NCBI GenBank assembly: GCA_016867265.1
Contig: VGJW01000017.1
Span: 17 to 64,016 of the forward strand
DNA from: Candidatus Tanganyikabacteria bacterium
GTDB taxonomy: Bacteria; Cyanobacteriota; Sericytochromatia; S15B-MN24; VGJW01
DNA length: 64,000 nt
Direction of reading: 5' to 3'
Each line of letters begins with the position of its first letter. Position 1 is the stretch's first letter. The notes under the pieces were generated by a model that worked only from the letters and a program-made list of their open reading frames with translations, was not told the DNA's origin and did not search any database. The position numbers and the translations under genes were made by a program. Of the stretch, positions 51,801-60,533 are shown piece by piece.

Positions 51801-53680
51801 GCCGGACTCCTCGTCGCATCATCGGCCCCGCCGTCAAGCGGCGCCGTCTCCCGATCCGTCGCGCCCGAGCCTTCGCAGGCCTCCTGCAGCAAGGTGCGGA
51901 CACGCGCGGCATCCTGCACGCCCGTTGCTTGCCTCAGGTCGGCCAACCAGCGATCCCAGACCTCGGCGCCGGGCGGATGGGCCGCCCTGAGGGCGAAGAC
52001 CTGGGGATGGTCCGTGGGGCGTGCCGTCTCATCCGAGACGGACAGTTCCTCGAAAAGCTTCTCGCCCGGCCGGACGCCGGTGAAGCGAATGGGTACCGCG
52101 TCCTCATGCAGGCCGGACAACCGCACGAGCCTGCGGGCCAGGTCCAGGATGCGGACCGGGGCGCCCATCTCGAGCAGCAGGATCTCTCCGCCCTGGCCAA
52201 GGACGGCCGCCTGCAGAATGAGTGTCACGGCTTCCGGAATGGTCATGAAGTAGCGCCGCATCTCGGGATGGGTGACGGTGATGGGCCCACCATCCCGGAT
52301 TTGCCTCTGGAAGAGCGGCACGACGCTGCCCCTGCTGCCCAGCACGTTGCCGAACCGCACGGCCAGGAAGACCGTCTTGCCGGCATCCCGCGCGGCAAGG
52401 TCTTGAATCAGCCGCTCCGCGGCCCGCTTGGTCATGCCCATCACACTGGTGGGCCGGACGGCCTTGTCCGTCGAGACCAGCACGAAGCGGGCCACGCCCA
52501 TGTCCCGTGAAGCACGGGCCAGAACCCCGGTACCGAGCACGTTGTTGGCCGCTGCCTCGACGACATTGGCTTCCATCAGGGGCACGTGCTTGTGGGCAGC
52601 CGCATGAACCACCAGGTCGGGACGTGCACGGCCGAGGACGGCGCGGACGGCTGCGTCATCCCGGACATCCGCCACGACGGTCTCCAGTGCAAGCGCCGGG
52701 TAGCGGGCCCGCAGCTCCGACTCGACGTGATACAGGCTGTTCTCGCCATGACCGAGCAGCACCATCAGGCTGGGTGCACGGGCTGCCAGCTGGCGACAAA
52801 GCTCCGAACCAATGGAGCCACCGGCGCCCGTGACCAGCACACGCTTGCCCGTCAGCGTCGCCAGCAGGGCCTCATCCGTGACCGTGACCTCGCGACCGAG
52901 CAGGTCCTCGAGGGGGACTTCCCGGATGGCCTCGGTCGTGACGGCGCCATCCTGAAGCAAGTCGCCGAGTCCGGGCAGGGTCTTGACGTCGAGGCCCAGC
53001 TCGACGGCACGGCGGACGACGGACCGGCGCACGGCGGCCTCGGCACCCGGCATGGCGACGACGACGAGCGCCGCGCCGACACGACGGGCCACCTCGCCCA
53101 TGTCGGCCCGCCCCCCCAGGACGGGCACGCCGTGAATGCTGCGCCCCAGTTTGGCCGGATCATCATCGAGGAAGGCGACGGGGGCAAAGCCACGGTCCGG
53201 GTGACGCCGCATGTCGCGAACGAGCAGTTCGCCCGCATCGCCCGCGCCGACGACGACGGTCCGCACGGCCTGTGCACCCGGTCGTGCCCGCCGCTCGGCC
53301 CAGGCCCGAGAGAGGAACCTGAGCCCCGCGAGGCCCCCGAGCGTGAGCAGGCCCTCGAGGGCCAGCACCGACCGCGGCAGGCGGTCGTCCAGCAGCAGGT
53401 CGACGAGTGCGAGGATCGCCGTCCCGGCAAGAACGGCTTGGACCATCGCGGCCACGTCGCCCAGGCCCACGTAGCGCCAGACCTGACGGTAGAGGCCAAA
53501 TGCCCCGAACAGCGAAACCCGCAGCAGCGGCAACAGGGCCAGGTAACGGACGTACTGGCTGGCGTGCTCCGACGGGATGCGTTCCAGCGACTCGAAACGC
53601 AGCACGAAGGCGAGCGACCAAGCGAGCAACACGATCGCGAGGTCGGCCAGACCGGCACGCCACGTCCGCATGAAATTCAT
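51797..53680 (-). CDS. Membrane-anchored nucleotide-sugar 4,6-dehydratase (CapD/PglF-like)
   Basis: 627 aa. 4 N-terminal TM helices. VLVTGAGGSIGSEL. FVLVSTDKAVRPTSVMGMTKR. Confidence 0.9.
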   Translation of the reverse strand: MNFMRTWRAGLADLAIVLLAWSLAFVLRFESLERIPSEHASQYVRYLALLPLLRVSLFGAFGLYRQVWRYVGLGDVAAMVQAVLAGTAILALVDLLLDDRLPRSVLALEGLLTLGGLAGLRFLSRAWAERRARPGAQAVRTVVVGAGDAGELLVRDMRRHPDRGFAPVAFLDDDPAKLGRSIHGVPVLGGRADMGEVARRVGAALVVVAMPGAEAAVRRSVVRRAVELGLDVKTLPGLGDLLQDGAVTTEAIREVPLEDLLGREVTVTDEALLATLTGKRVLVTGAGGSIGSELCRQLAARAPSLMVLLGHGENSLYHVESELRARYPALALETVVADVRDDAAVRAVLGRARPDLVVHAAAHKHVPLMEANVVEAAANNVLGTGVLARASRDMGVARFVLVSTDKAVRPTSVMGMTKRAAERLIQDLAARDAGKTVFLAVRFGNVLGSRGSVVPLFQRQIRDGGPITVTHPEMRRYFMTIPEAVTLILQAAVLGQGGEILLLEMGAPVRILDLARRLVRLSGLHEDAVPIRFTGVRPGEKLFEELSVSDETARPTDHPQVFALRAAHPPGAEVWDRWLADLRQATGVQDAARVRTLLQEACEGSGATDRETAPLDGGADDATRSPA

Positions 53681-54897
53681 GATGCCACGTCCGGATCCGC
53701 GTCAGTCCCGGAGGCCACGGCGACGAAGTGCCGCGCGAGGGCCCCCCTGTCATAACGCGCGCGAATGAGCGCCTCGGCCCGCCCCCCGAGCGCTTGCCGC
53801 AGGGCCGGATCGAGCACCAGGCGCCGCCAGGCAGCCGCGAGCGATTCGGGATCCTCGGGCGGCACGACGACGCCACCACCGGCCTCCTCGAGCAATGCCG
53901 GGGCCTCGCCGCGCGCCGCCATGACGATAGGGCGGCCGGCGGCCATCGCCTCGTAGGTCTTGCTGGGGACGGCACCGTGGAAGAGCGGGATGTCCTTGAG
54001 CGAGATGAAGAGCATGTCGGCCGCCGCCAACCAGTCGGGCACGGCATCGCGCGGGACCGGCGGCAGAATCGTGACATTGGGCCCAGCCGTCGCAACCAGG
54101 GTCTCGCGCTCGGCACCATCGCCCATCAGCACAAGCCTGAATGCGGGCAGATCCTCGACCAAGCGTGCCGCAGCGAGGGCCTTGTCGAGGGCCTGCGACA
54201 AGCCCAAAGTCCCGGCGTACAGGCAGACGACGGCCCTCTCGTCCCAGCCCATGGCCGCACGCACCGCGGAGCCATCGGCGTCCCGGAACCGCGCGAGGTC
54301 CACACCATTGGGCAGGAAGCGCACCTTGTCCCAGCCCCGCTGCCGCAGGGTCCGCTCGATGCCCCGGGTGACGGCAAGGATGCGCCAGGCGCGCCTATAA
54401 CACCACTGCTCCAGCCCCTCGGCAAGCGCGATGAGCCACCGGTTGCGCACGGCACCGAGCGCCACCACCGACTCGGGCCAGAGGTCAGCGACATTGAAGA
54501 CCATGCGGGCGCCGCGCCGCCACGCCAGCCACGCCCCGGCCAAGCCATCAAAGAGCGGAGGGGACTCGACGACCACGACGTCGGCCGGCCCCATGCGCCC
54601 CCCCGTCACGACGGCGGCCACCGCAAAGGACAACTGGGCAAGTACCCGCTTCAGGAAACCCCTGTTGGGCGTGGCATACATCCAGGTCCGGAAGACCCGG
54701 ACGCCCTCGCGGTCCTCCCACTTTAACAACTTGTCACGGTATCCGTCTTGCACAATGCCGCTTGGATAATTTGGCCAACTTGTAATCACCTCAACATTGT
54801 GACCATCGCGCACCAGACGGACGGCAAGTTCGTGCTGCCGGGTCTGCGGCGCACCGACCTCGGGCGGGTAATACGGCGTGACGAAGAGGATCCTCAC
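53677..54897 (-). CDS. GT4 glycosyltransferase (WbuB-like)
   Basis: MRILFVTPYYPPEVGAPQTRQHEL...SWPNYPSG. GTGA overlaps at both ends. Confidence 0.85.
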   Translation of the reverse strand: MRILFVTPYYPPEVGAPQTRQHELAVRLVRDGHNVEVITSWPNYPSGIVQDGYRDKLLKWEDREGVRVFRTWMYATPNRGFLKRVLAQLSFAVAAVVTGGRMGPADVVVVESPPLFDGLAGAWLAWRRGARMVFNVADLWPESVVALGAVRNRWLIALAEGLEQWCYRRAWRILAVTRGIERTLRQRGWDKVRFLPNGVDLARFRDADGSAVRAAMGWDERAVVCLYAGTLGLSQALDKALAAARLVEDLPAFRLVLMGDGAERETLVATAGPNVTILPPVPRDAVPDWLAAADMLFISLKDIPLFHGAVPSKTYEAMAAGRPIVMAARGEAPALLEEAGGGVVVPPEDPESLAAAWRRLVLDPALRQALGGRAEALIRARYDRGALARHFVAVASGTDADPDVAS

Positions 54898-55619
54898 GAC
54901 GCCTCAGGTTTCCGTGCCCAGACCAGCTCATGCCCGAGCAGGAAGGGCAGGCGAGCCAGACCATCATGCAAGGCAGGCCATGCCGCAACCTTGCGGGCGA
55001 GCGGAGGCAGCAGGGACAACCGCTCCACGTTGACCTGGCAAGCTTCAGGCAAGCTGCTACGCAGCATACGTGAGGTCCAGGGACGAAGGGGACGGTCGGG
55101 CCGCACCCATCGCATGTCATAGGACAAGAGCCAGCCACCGGGCATCAGGACACGCCACGCTTCGGCCAGGATACGTGCGCGCAGGCGATCGTCGCGCACG
55201 CTGCTCAGCATGGTCCACTGGCCGACCAAGGCAAAGCTCCGGTCTGCCCACGGCAAGGCCGAAGCGTCGCCTTGGCGCAGGTCCGCGCCGGGAAGCGCCT
55301 GCCGTGCCTCGGCGACCCGGTCTGCCAGCAGGTCAAGCCCACAGAGATCCGCAGAGGCCCACCCCGCATCCCGTAATCGGGCGAGCTCCCGTCCTGTCCC
55401 GCACCCCATCTCGAGCACAGGCTGTCCCGGGGAGATACCCCGCACGAGCATGCCGGCCGTGACGCGCCGGGTCCGGTCGGCCGTGCGCAAGCGCTGGTCG
55501 GGAGCATCCTCGGCGTAGAGTCGTTCAAGGCCCGATCGGGCCGCATAAGCCCGGGCGATTCGCTCGGCCTCCGCCTCACGCATCCGGACTTCGGATGCCT
55601 CTTCGGCGTCGGCCATCAC
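54894..55619 (-). CDS. Class I SAM-dependent methyltransferase
   Basis: VLEMGCGTGRELARL (motif I), DLCGLDL, then WRVLMPGGWLL. Confidence 0.8.
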   Translation of the reverse strand: MMADAEEASEVRMREAEAERIARAYAARSGLERLYAEDAPDQRLRTADRTRRVTAGMLVRGISPGQPVLEMGCGTGRELARLRDAGWASADLCGLDLLADRVAEARQALPGADLRQGDASALPWADRSFALVGQWTMLSSVRDDRLRARILAEAWRVLMPGGWLLSYDMRWVRPDRPLRPWTSRMLRSSLPEACQVNVERLSLLPPLARKVAAWPALHDGLARLPFLLGHELVWARKPEAS

Positions 55620-56707
55620 CCGAGGAACTCCACCAGCGCCTCGGCAAGGCGCTCGGCCGCTCGGCCGTCACCTGCCGCCATCGTAAACCGGGCCCAGGGC
55701 AGCGTGGCACGATCCGGAAGCATGGCGAGGGCCTCGGCAAGCCGCACGGCAAGGGTTTCGCCGTCCTCAGGCGAAATCAGCCGGTTCAGGCCGAGTTCCA
55801 CCGTGTCGGTCCACTCGGTCTCCGTCCGCAGCGTCACGCAAGGCACCGCGAGGTACGCCGCCTCTTTCTGCAGCCCGCCGGAATCCGTCAGTACTGCGTC
55901 GGCACCCGCCACCAGGGCCTGCATCGCCATGTAGTCCACGGGTTCGCAACCCAGCCGGGCCAGGAGGGGCGCGAGGTCCGTACCCGCTGTCCGGGCAAGG
56001 ACGCGGGGATGCAAGGGCCAGGCCACGGCCCAGCCGTCACCCGCAAGCTGGCCAATCGCCGAAACGATTCGGCCAAGGCGCTCCGGGTCGTCGACATTCT
56101 CAGCCCGGTGCAGCGTCACCACGAGCCGACGCCCCGGCCGATCGCGCCAAGCCGCGCCGGGGCCGAGTTCCGCCCGGACATGGCGCAGGGCATCCAGCAT
56201 CACGTCGCCTATCCAGACGATGTGCCCACGGACCGCCTCGCTACGAAGTTGGGCCGTCGCCGCCAGATTGGGCACCAGCAACAGGTCGGCCATCCGGTCG
56301 ACCAGCACCCGGTTCTGCTCCTCGGGCATCGCCCAGTTGAAACTGCGCACCCCGGCCTCGACGTGCACGACCGGAATCTGCATTCGGGTCGCCGCCAGCG
56401 CCCCGGCGAGCGTGCTGTTCGTATCGCCATAAACCAGGACGGCATCCGGCCGCTCCTGTTCGAGGACCTCCTCGATCGCCGCAAGCATGCGGCCGATCTG
56501 GCGTCCGTGCGGGGCAGAGCCAACGCCCAGGTGATGCTCCGGCCTGCCCAGCCCCAACTGGGCGAAGAACACGTCCGACATCGCGGCATCATGGTGCTGC
56601 CCGGTATGGACGAGGACCTCACGAACGCGACCGGCGAGAGCGCGCCGCACGGGTGCGGCCTTGATGAACTGGGGCCGCGCCCCGACGACCGTCAGGACCT
56701 TCTTCAC
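55616..56707 (-). CDS. wecB: UDP-N-acetylglucosamine 2-epimerase (non-hydrolysing) family
   Basis: MKKVLTVVGARPQFIKAAPV..., VLVYGDTNSTLAGALAA, HVEAGVRSF, VLTDSGGLQKEA. Confidence 0.9.
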   Translation of the reverse strand: MKKVLTVVGARPQFIKAAPVRRALAGRVREVLVHTGQHHDAAMSDVFFAQLGLGRPEHHLGVGSAPHGRQIGRMLAAIEEVLEQERPDAVLVYGDTNSTLAGALAATRMQIPVVHVEAGVRSFNWAMPEEQNRVLVDRMADLLLVPNLAATAQLRSEAVRGHIVWIGDVMLDALRHVRAELGPGAAWRDRPGRRLVVTLHRAENVDDPERLGRIVSAIGQLAGDGWAVAWPLHPRVLARTAGTDLAPLLARLGCEPVDYMAMQALVAGADAVLTDSGGLQKEAAYLAVPCVTLRTETEWTDTVELGLNRLISPEDGETLAVRLAEALAMLPDRATLPWARFTMAAGDGRAAERLAEALVEFLG

Positions 56708-57840
56708 CCGCGGCCGACCTCCGCCGGCCGGACCGAAGACAAGGCCCGACGCAGGGTATCCACGACCCGATCCACCTCGTCATCCCGCAATTCGGGAAAC
56801 ATCGGCAGCGACAGGACTTCATCGCATGCTCGCTCGGCCTCGGGCAGGCTGCCTGCGGCAAGCCCCAGAGACGCGTGGATGGGCAGCAAATGCAGGGGAT
56901 AGGGGTAATACACCTGCGTCTCGATGCCCTCGGCCTTGAGGAAGGCCGCCACGGCATCGCGGGCAGGCACCCTTACGGTGTACTGGTGGAAGACCGGCGT
57001 GGTTCCCGGAACCCGACCGGGCAGGCCGACGCCAGGCACCTCGGCCAGCAGTTGGTCGTAGCGGGCCGCAAGTGCTTGCCGACGCAGGTTCCATCCCTCG
57101 AGACGCGGCAGCTTGAGCCGCAGGATGGCGGCGTGGACCTCATCCAGACGCGAGTTGATCCCCAGCAACTCCTGGTAGTACTTGCGCTTCCAGCCGTGGC
57201 TGCGCAACATCCGCAGGGTCTCGGCAAGCGCGAGATCGTCCGTCAGGCACATGCCGCCGTCACCAGGTGCCCCCAGGTTCTTGGTCGGGAAGAAGCTGAA
57301 GCAGCCAATCGTGCCGATCGTGCCCACGAACTGATCCCCGCAGCGCGCCCCGGTCGCCTGGGCACAATCCTCGACCACGAACAGGTCATGCGCGCGAGCC
57401 AACGCCATCAGGCCGTCCATGGGCACGGGCTGCCCATAGAGGTGCACCGGCAGCAGCACCCGCGTCCGAGGCCCGATGGCCCGCGCGACCTGCGCAAGGT
57501 CCATCGCGTAGGTCGCCGGATCGATGTCCACGAGCACGGGCGTCGCGCCCACGATGCCGATGGCCTCGCTGGTGGCGGCAAAGGTAAAGGCTGTCGTGAT
57601 GACCTCATCTCCCGGTCCGATGCCCAGCGCCCGCAAGGCCAGATGCAGCGCATCCGTCCCCGAGTTGCAAGCAATGCCGTGGGCACTGCCCATGGCAGAA
57701 GCGAACTCTTGCTCGAAGGCCTTGACGTTAGGGCCCATGATGAAATAGCCGCTTGCAAGCACCTCGCGCACGGCCTCGGTCAAGGCCGGCTCGAGTGCGG
57801 CAACCTGCCGCTTCATGTCACAGATGGCCAAGGGGTTCAT
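56704..57840 (-). CDS. DegT-family sugar aminotransferase (WbpE/GnnB-like)
   Basis: 378 aa from MNPLAICDM (ATGA overlap). ACNSGTDALHLAL, VEDCAQATG, FSFFPTKNLGAPGDGG. Confidence 0.9.
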   Translation of the reverse strand: MNPLAICDMKRQVAALEPALTEAVREVLASGYFIMGPNVKAFEQEFASAMGSAHGIACNSGTDALHLALRALGIGPGDEVITTAFTFAATSEAIGIVGATPVLVDIDPATYAMDLAQVARAIGPRTRVLLPVHLYGQPVPMDGLMALARAHDLFVVEDCAQATGARCGDQFVGTIGTIGCFSFFPTKNLGAPGDGGMCLTDDLALAETLRMLRSHGWKRKYYQELLGINSRLDEVHAAILRLKLPRLEGWNLRRQALAARYDQLLAEVPGVGLPGRVPGTTPVFHQYTVRVPARDAVAAFLKAEGIETQVYYPYPLHLLPIHASLGLAAGSLPEAERACDEVLSLPMFPELRDDEVDRVVDTLRRALSSVRPAEVGRG

Positions 57841-58436
57841 AGCTGCACCTCCTGCCGGACGAGCCCGCCCGGCCCCATCGCGTAGCACGCCGAACACTCC
57901 GGACAGGACCACGTTTCGGGTCCGCCAGCCACCAGCTTGGCGCCGCAAGCGCACGCCCAGCCGCGCTGGCGCGCCGGATTGCCCATCACGAGGGCGTGGT
58001 CGGGCACGTCACGCGTCACGACGGCACCGGCGGCGACGAACGCATATGCCCCGATCGCGTGCCCGCAGACGATCGTGCAATTCGCCCCGAGCGTCGCCCC
58101 CCTGCCCACGCGCGTCGGTGCATAGTCCTTGTCGGGATCGTTGCGCCGGACATGGGCCCGTGGCGTGACGACATTCGTGAAGACCATCGATGGCCCGCAG
58201 AACACGTCATCCTCGAGGGTGACGCCCGTGTAGACGGAGACGTTGTTCTGGATCTTGACGTTTCTTCCAATCCGCGCGCCGGGACTGATGACCACGTTCT
58301 GGCCGATGTTGCAGCCCTCGCCGATCTCGCAGTCCTTCATGACGTGGCTGAAGTGCCAGATGCGGGTGCCTGCACCAATCGTGCAAGGTTCGTCCACGTA
58401 GCTGGACGCGTGCACAAAGACATTGTCGCGTGTCAC
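57837..58436 (-). CDS. Left-handed beta-helix N-acetyltransferase (WbpD/WlbB-like)
   Basis: 199 aa from GTG 58436 (GTGA overlap). Hexapeptide repeats VHASSYVDEPCTIGAGTRIWHFSHVMKDCEIGEGCNIGQNVVI... Confidence 0.85.
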   Translation of the reverse strand: MTRDNVFVHASSYVDEPCTIGAGTRIWHFSHVMKDCEIGEGCNIGQNVVISPGARIGRNVKIQNNVSVYTGVTLEDDVFCGPSMVFTNVVTPRAHVRRNDPDKDYAPTRVGRGATLGANCTIVCGHAIGAYAFVAAGAVVTRDVPDHALVMGNPARQRGWACACGAKLVAGGPETWSCPECSACYAMGPGGLVRQEVQL

Positions 58437-59419
58437 GGACGATGCTCCCCATGGGCAACCCGATGCAGCAGGCGGCCCGAGACCTCCTCGAGCACCCGCA
58501 CGACGGCAAGGCCGGCCTCTCCGTCGGCCCGCACGGGCCGGCCGGTCCGGACGGCCTCGACAAAGGCGCGGCCCTGGGCTTCGAGCGGTGGCTCGGACAC
58601 GAAGGAAAGGCGCTCTGCACCCTCGTCGCGAACCTCGGGCTGACCACCGATCCAGTGCACGGCGCGGCGTTGCAACCACAACTGGCCGCCATCCGGCCCG
58701 TCGACGAAGCGCAACATGCCGTCATACCCGATGACGAGGCACTCCTGAACCTTCTCGGGCTCAAGCCAGCCGACGTGGATGTGTGCCGTGCATCCCCCGG
58801 CGAAGTTCAGCCACGCGTGGACCTCGTCCGCCCGCGTGGTCCCAAGGTGATACAAGCCGTGGGCCGTGACCGACTCCGGCCCTTCTCCGAGGACCCCGAT
58901 AACCATGGCCACGTCGTGCGGAGCCAGGCTCCACCAGGCGTCCTCGGCCGTCCGGACCTTGCCCAGGTTGAGCCGGCGGGCTCGGACGTGACGCACGGGG
59001 CCCACCACGCCATCCCTCACGGCCTGGCGCAACGCGGCGACACCCGGGTGATACTCGAGGACGTGACCGACGGCCAGTTGGAGGCCGCGGGCCCGGGCAG
59101 CCAGGACCAACCGTTCGGCGCCTACAGCATCGAGGGCAAGCGGCTTTTCGACAAGCACGTGCCTGCCAGCCTCGAGGACGGCCAGACCGTGCGCCACGTG
59201 CAGGGGCACGGGGGTCGCAAGGACCACGGCATCGACGTCGGGCCCGGCCAGCAGGTCCTCCAGGCCTCCGCCGCCCGGAACGCCCAAGGGCGCCGCCACC
59301 GCACGGGCGCGTTCGGCATCCTCGTCCCAGACACCCGCCAGCACGCCCATGCCGGCAAGCGTCCGCGCCCAGTTCCGGCCCCAATGGCCCGCGCCGACGA
59401 GCGCGATGCGCGGGGTCAC
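58433..59419 (-). CDS. Gfo/Idh/MocA-family oxidoreductase (WbpB/GnnA-like)
   Basis: 328 aa. GTG start. RIALVGAGHWGRN Rossmann. HVLVEKPLA. Confidence 0.85.
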   Translation of the reverse strand: MTPRIALVGAGHWGRNWARTLAGMGVLAGVWDEDAERARAVAAPLGVPGGGGLEDLLAGPDVDAVVLATPVPLHVAHGLAVLEAGRHVLVEKPLALDAVGAERLVLAARARGLQLAVGHVLEYHPGVAALRQAVRDGVVGPVRHVRARRLNLGKVRTAEDAWWSLAPHDVAMVIGVLGEGPESVTAHGLYHLGTTRADEVHAWLNFAGGCTAHIHVGWLEPEKVQECLVIGYDGMLRFVDGPDGGQLWLQRRAVHWIGGQPEVRDEGAERLSFVSEPPLEAQGRAFVEAVRTGRPVRADGEAGLAVVRVLEEVSGRLLHRVAHGEHRP

Positions 59420-59548
59420 GGCCGCGCCTCCGGACAGAGGACCGCGACACGATCCGGCAGTCCCCGGAGGGTCACGCCACCCACCAACGCCGCATCCGCC
59501 ATCGGCCCCTCCACACTATTCATTATACTGGAGGAAAAACTCCCCGAA

Positions 59549-60292
59549 ATGCCGCGCCAACGGACCTACTCCCCCTCCCGCCTCGCCGTCTTCCAGACGT
59601 GCCGGGCGCAGTACCGCTACCGCTACGTGCTGGGCATCCGCACGCCGCCCGGCCCGCGCGCGACCTTCGGGGCCAACCTGCACCGGACGCTCCACCAACT
59701 GCACCTCGGCGGCGGCGCCGCATCCGTCGATGCGGCCGCGGCCCGGCAGCACCTCGAGGCCACGTGGTCCAGCGCGGGCTTCGCCTCCGCGGCCGCCTCC
59801 GCCGAAGCACTCGGAGAGGCCCGCGACCTGCTCGACCGCTACCACGCGCGCTGGGGTGGCGAGGCCACGACCCCTGTCCTGCTGGAACGACGCCTGACAG
59901 CCCCGTATCGGGAACATACCTTCCTCGGCATCCTCGACCGGGTCGACCGACAGGCGGCAGGCCTCGTGATCCTCGATTACAAGTCGGGCAGGGCCCCGGA
60001 GCATCCCTCGGCGACCCTCGAGCAGCAGTTGGCGATCTACCATCACCTCGTGCGTGTGCATCTGGACGAGGTCCCGGTCGCCCACAGGGTGCATTACCTG
60101 ACGGATGACGTACGCCGTGACGTCGACCTGTCCCCCGAACGCGTGACCGAACTGCTCGACCGCGCCCACGAGACGGCCGGAACCATCGAAGCGGAGACGG
60201 CCTACACCCCGCAACCGGGCCCGTCATGTTCGAACTGTGACTTCACCTGGCGCTGCCGCAGGGACCACCCCGGCGTCCTGCTGCCGTCCTGA
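59549..60292 (+). CDS. PD-(D/E)XK nuclease, Cas4/RecB-like, with a 4-Cys cluster
   Basis: 247 aa from MPRQRTYSPSRLAVFQTC. GILDRVD...VILDYKSG (D...D/E-x-K core). C-terminal CSNCDFTWRC (C...CxxCx5C as in Cas4/AddB). The upstream part of track ORF 58430..60292 is antisense to the oxidoreductase gene. Confidence 0.75.
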   Translation: MPRQRTYSPSRLAVFQTCRAQYRYRYVLGIRTPPGPRATFGANLHRTLHQLHLGGGAASVDAAAARQHLEATWSSAGFASAAASAEALGEARDLLDRYHARWGGEATTPVLLERRLTAPYREHTFLGILDRVDRQAAGLVILDYKSGRAPEHPSATLEQQLAIYHHLVRVHLDEVPVAHRVHYLTDDVRRDVDLSPERVTELLDRAHETAGTIEAETAYTPQPGPSCSNCDFTWRCRRDHPGVLLPS

Positions 60293-60311
60293 TCCCCTTC
60301 TGGAGCCACCC

Positions 60312-60533
60312 ATGTCCACCATCGCCTTCGACGTCACCGGCATGACCTGCCAAGGCTGTGTCAATCGACTCACCAAGGTCCTTGCCGGAACGGATGGCGT
60401 GACCGAGGCAAGCGTGACGCTCGACCCAGCGATGGCCGTGCTGCATTTCGACCCGGCGACGACCACACCGGACAACCTGCAGGAACGGGTCGTGCGGGCG
60501 GGCTATGGCGCTACGCCGCGCCAGACGGCATGA
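60312..60533 (+). CDS. copZ: Heavy-metal-associated (HMA) copper chaperone
   Basis: 73 aa. MSTIAFDVTGMTCQGCVNRL (GMTCxxC). Confidence 0.85.
   Translation: MSTIAFDVTGMTCQGCVNRLTKVLAGTDGVTEASVTLDPAMAVLHFDPATTTPDNLQERVVRAGYGATPRQTA

Noticed and set aside
58430-59548. N-terminal 373 aa of track ORF 58430..60292
   Set aside because: It is antisense to the Gfo/Idh/MocA oxidoreductase gene. The nuclease homology begins only at ATG 59549.
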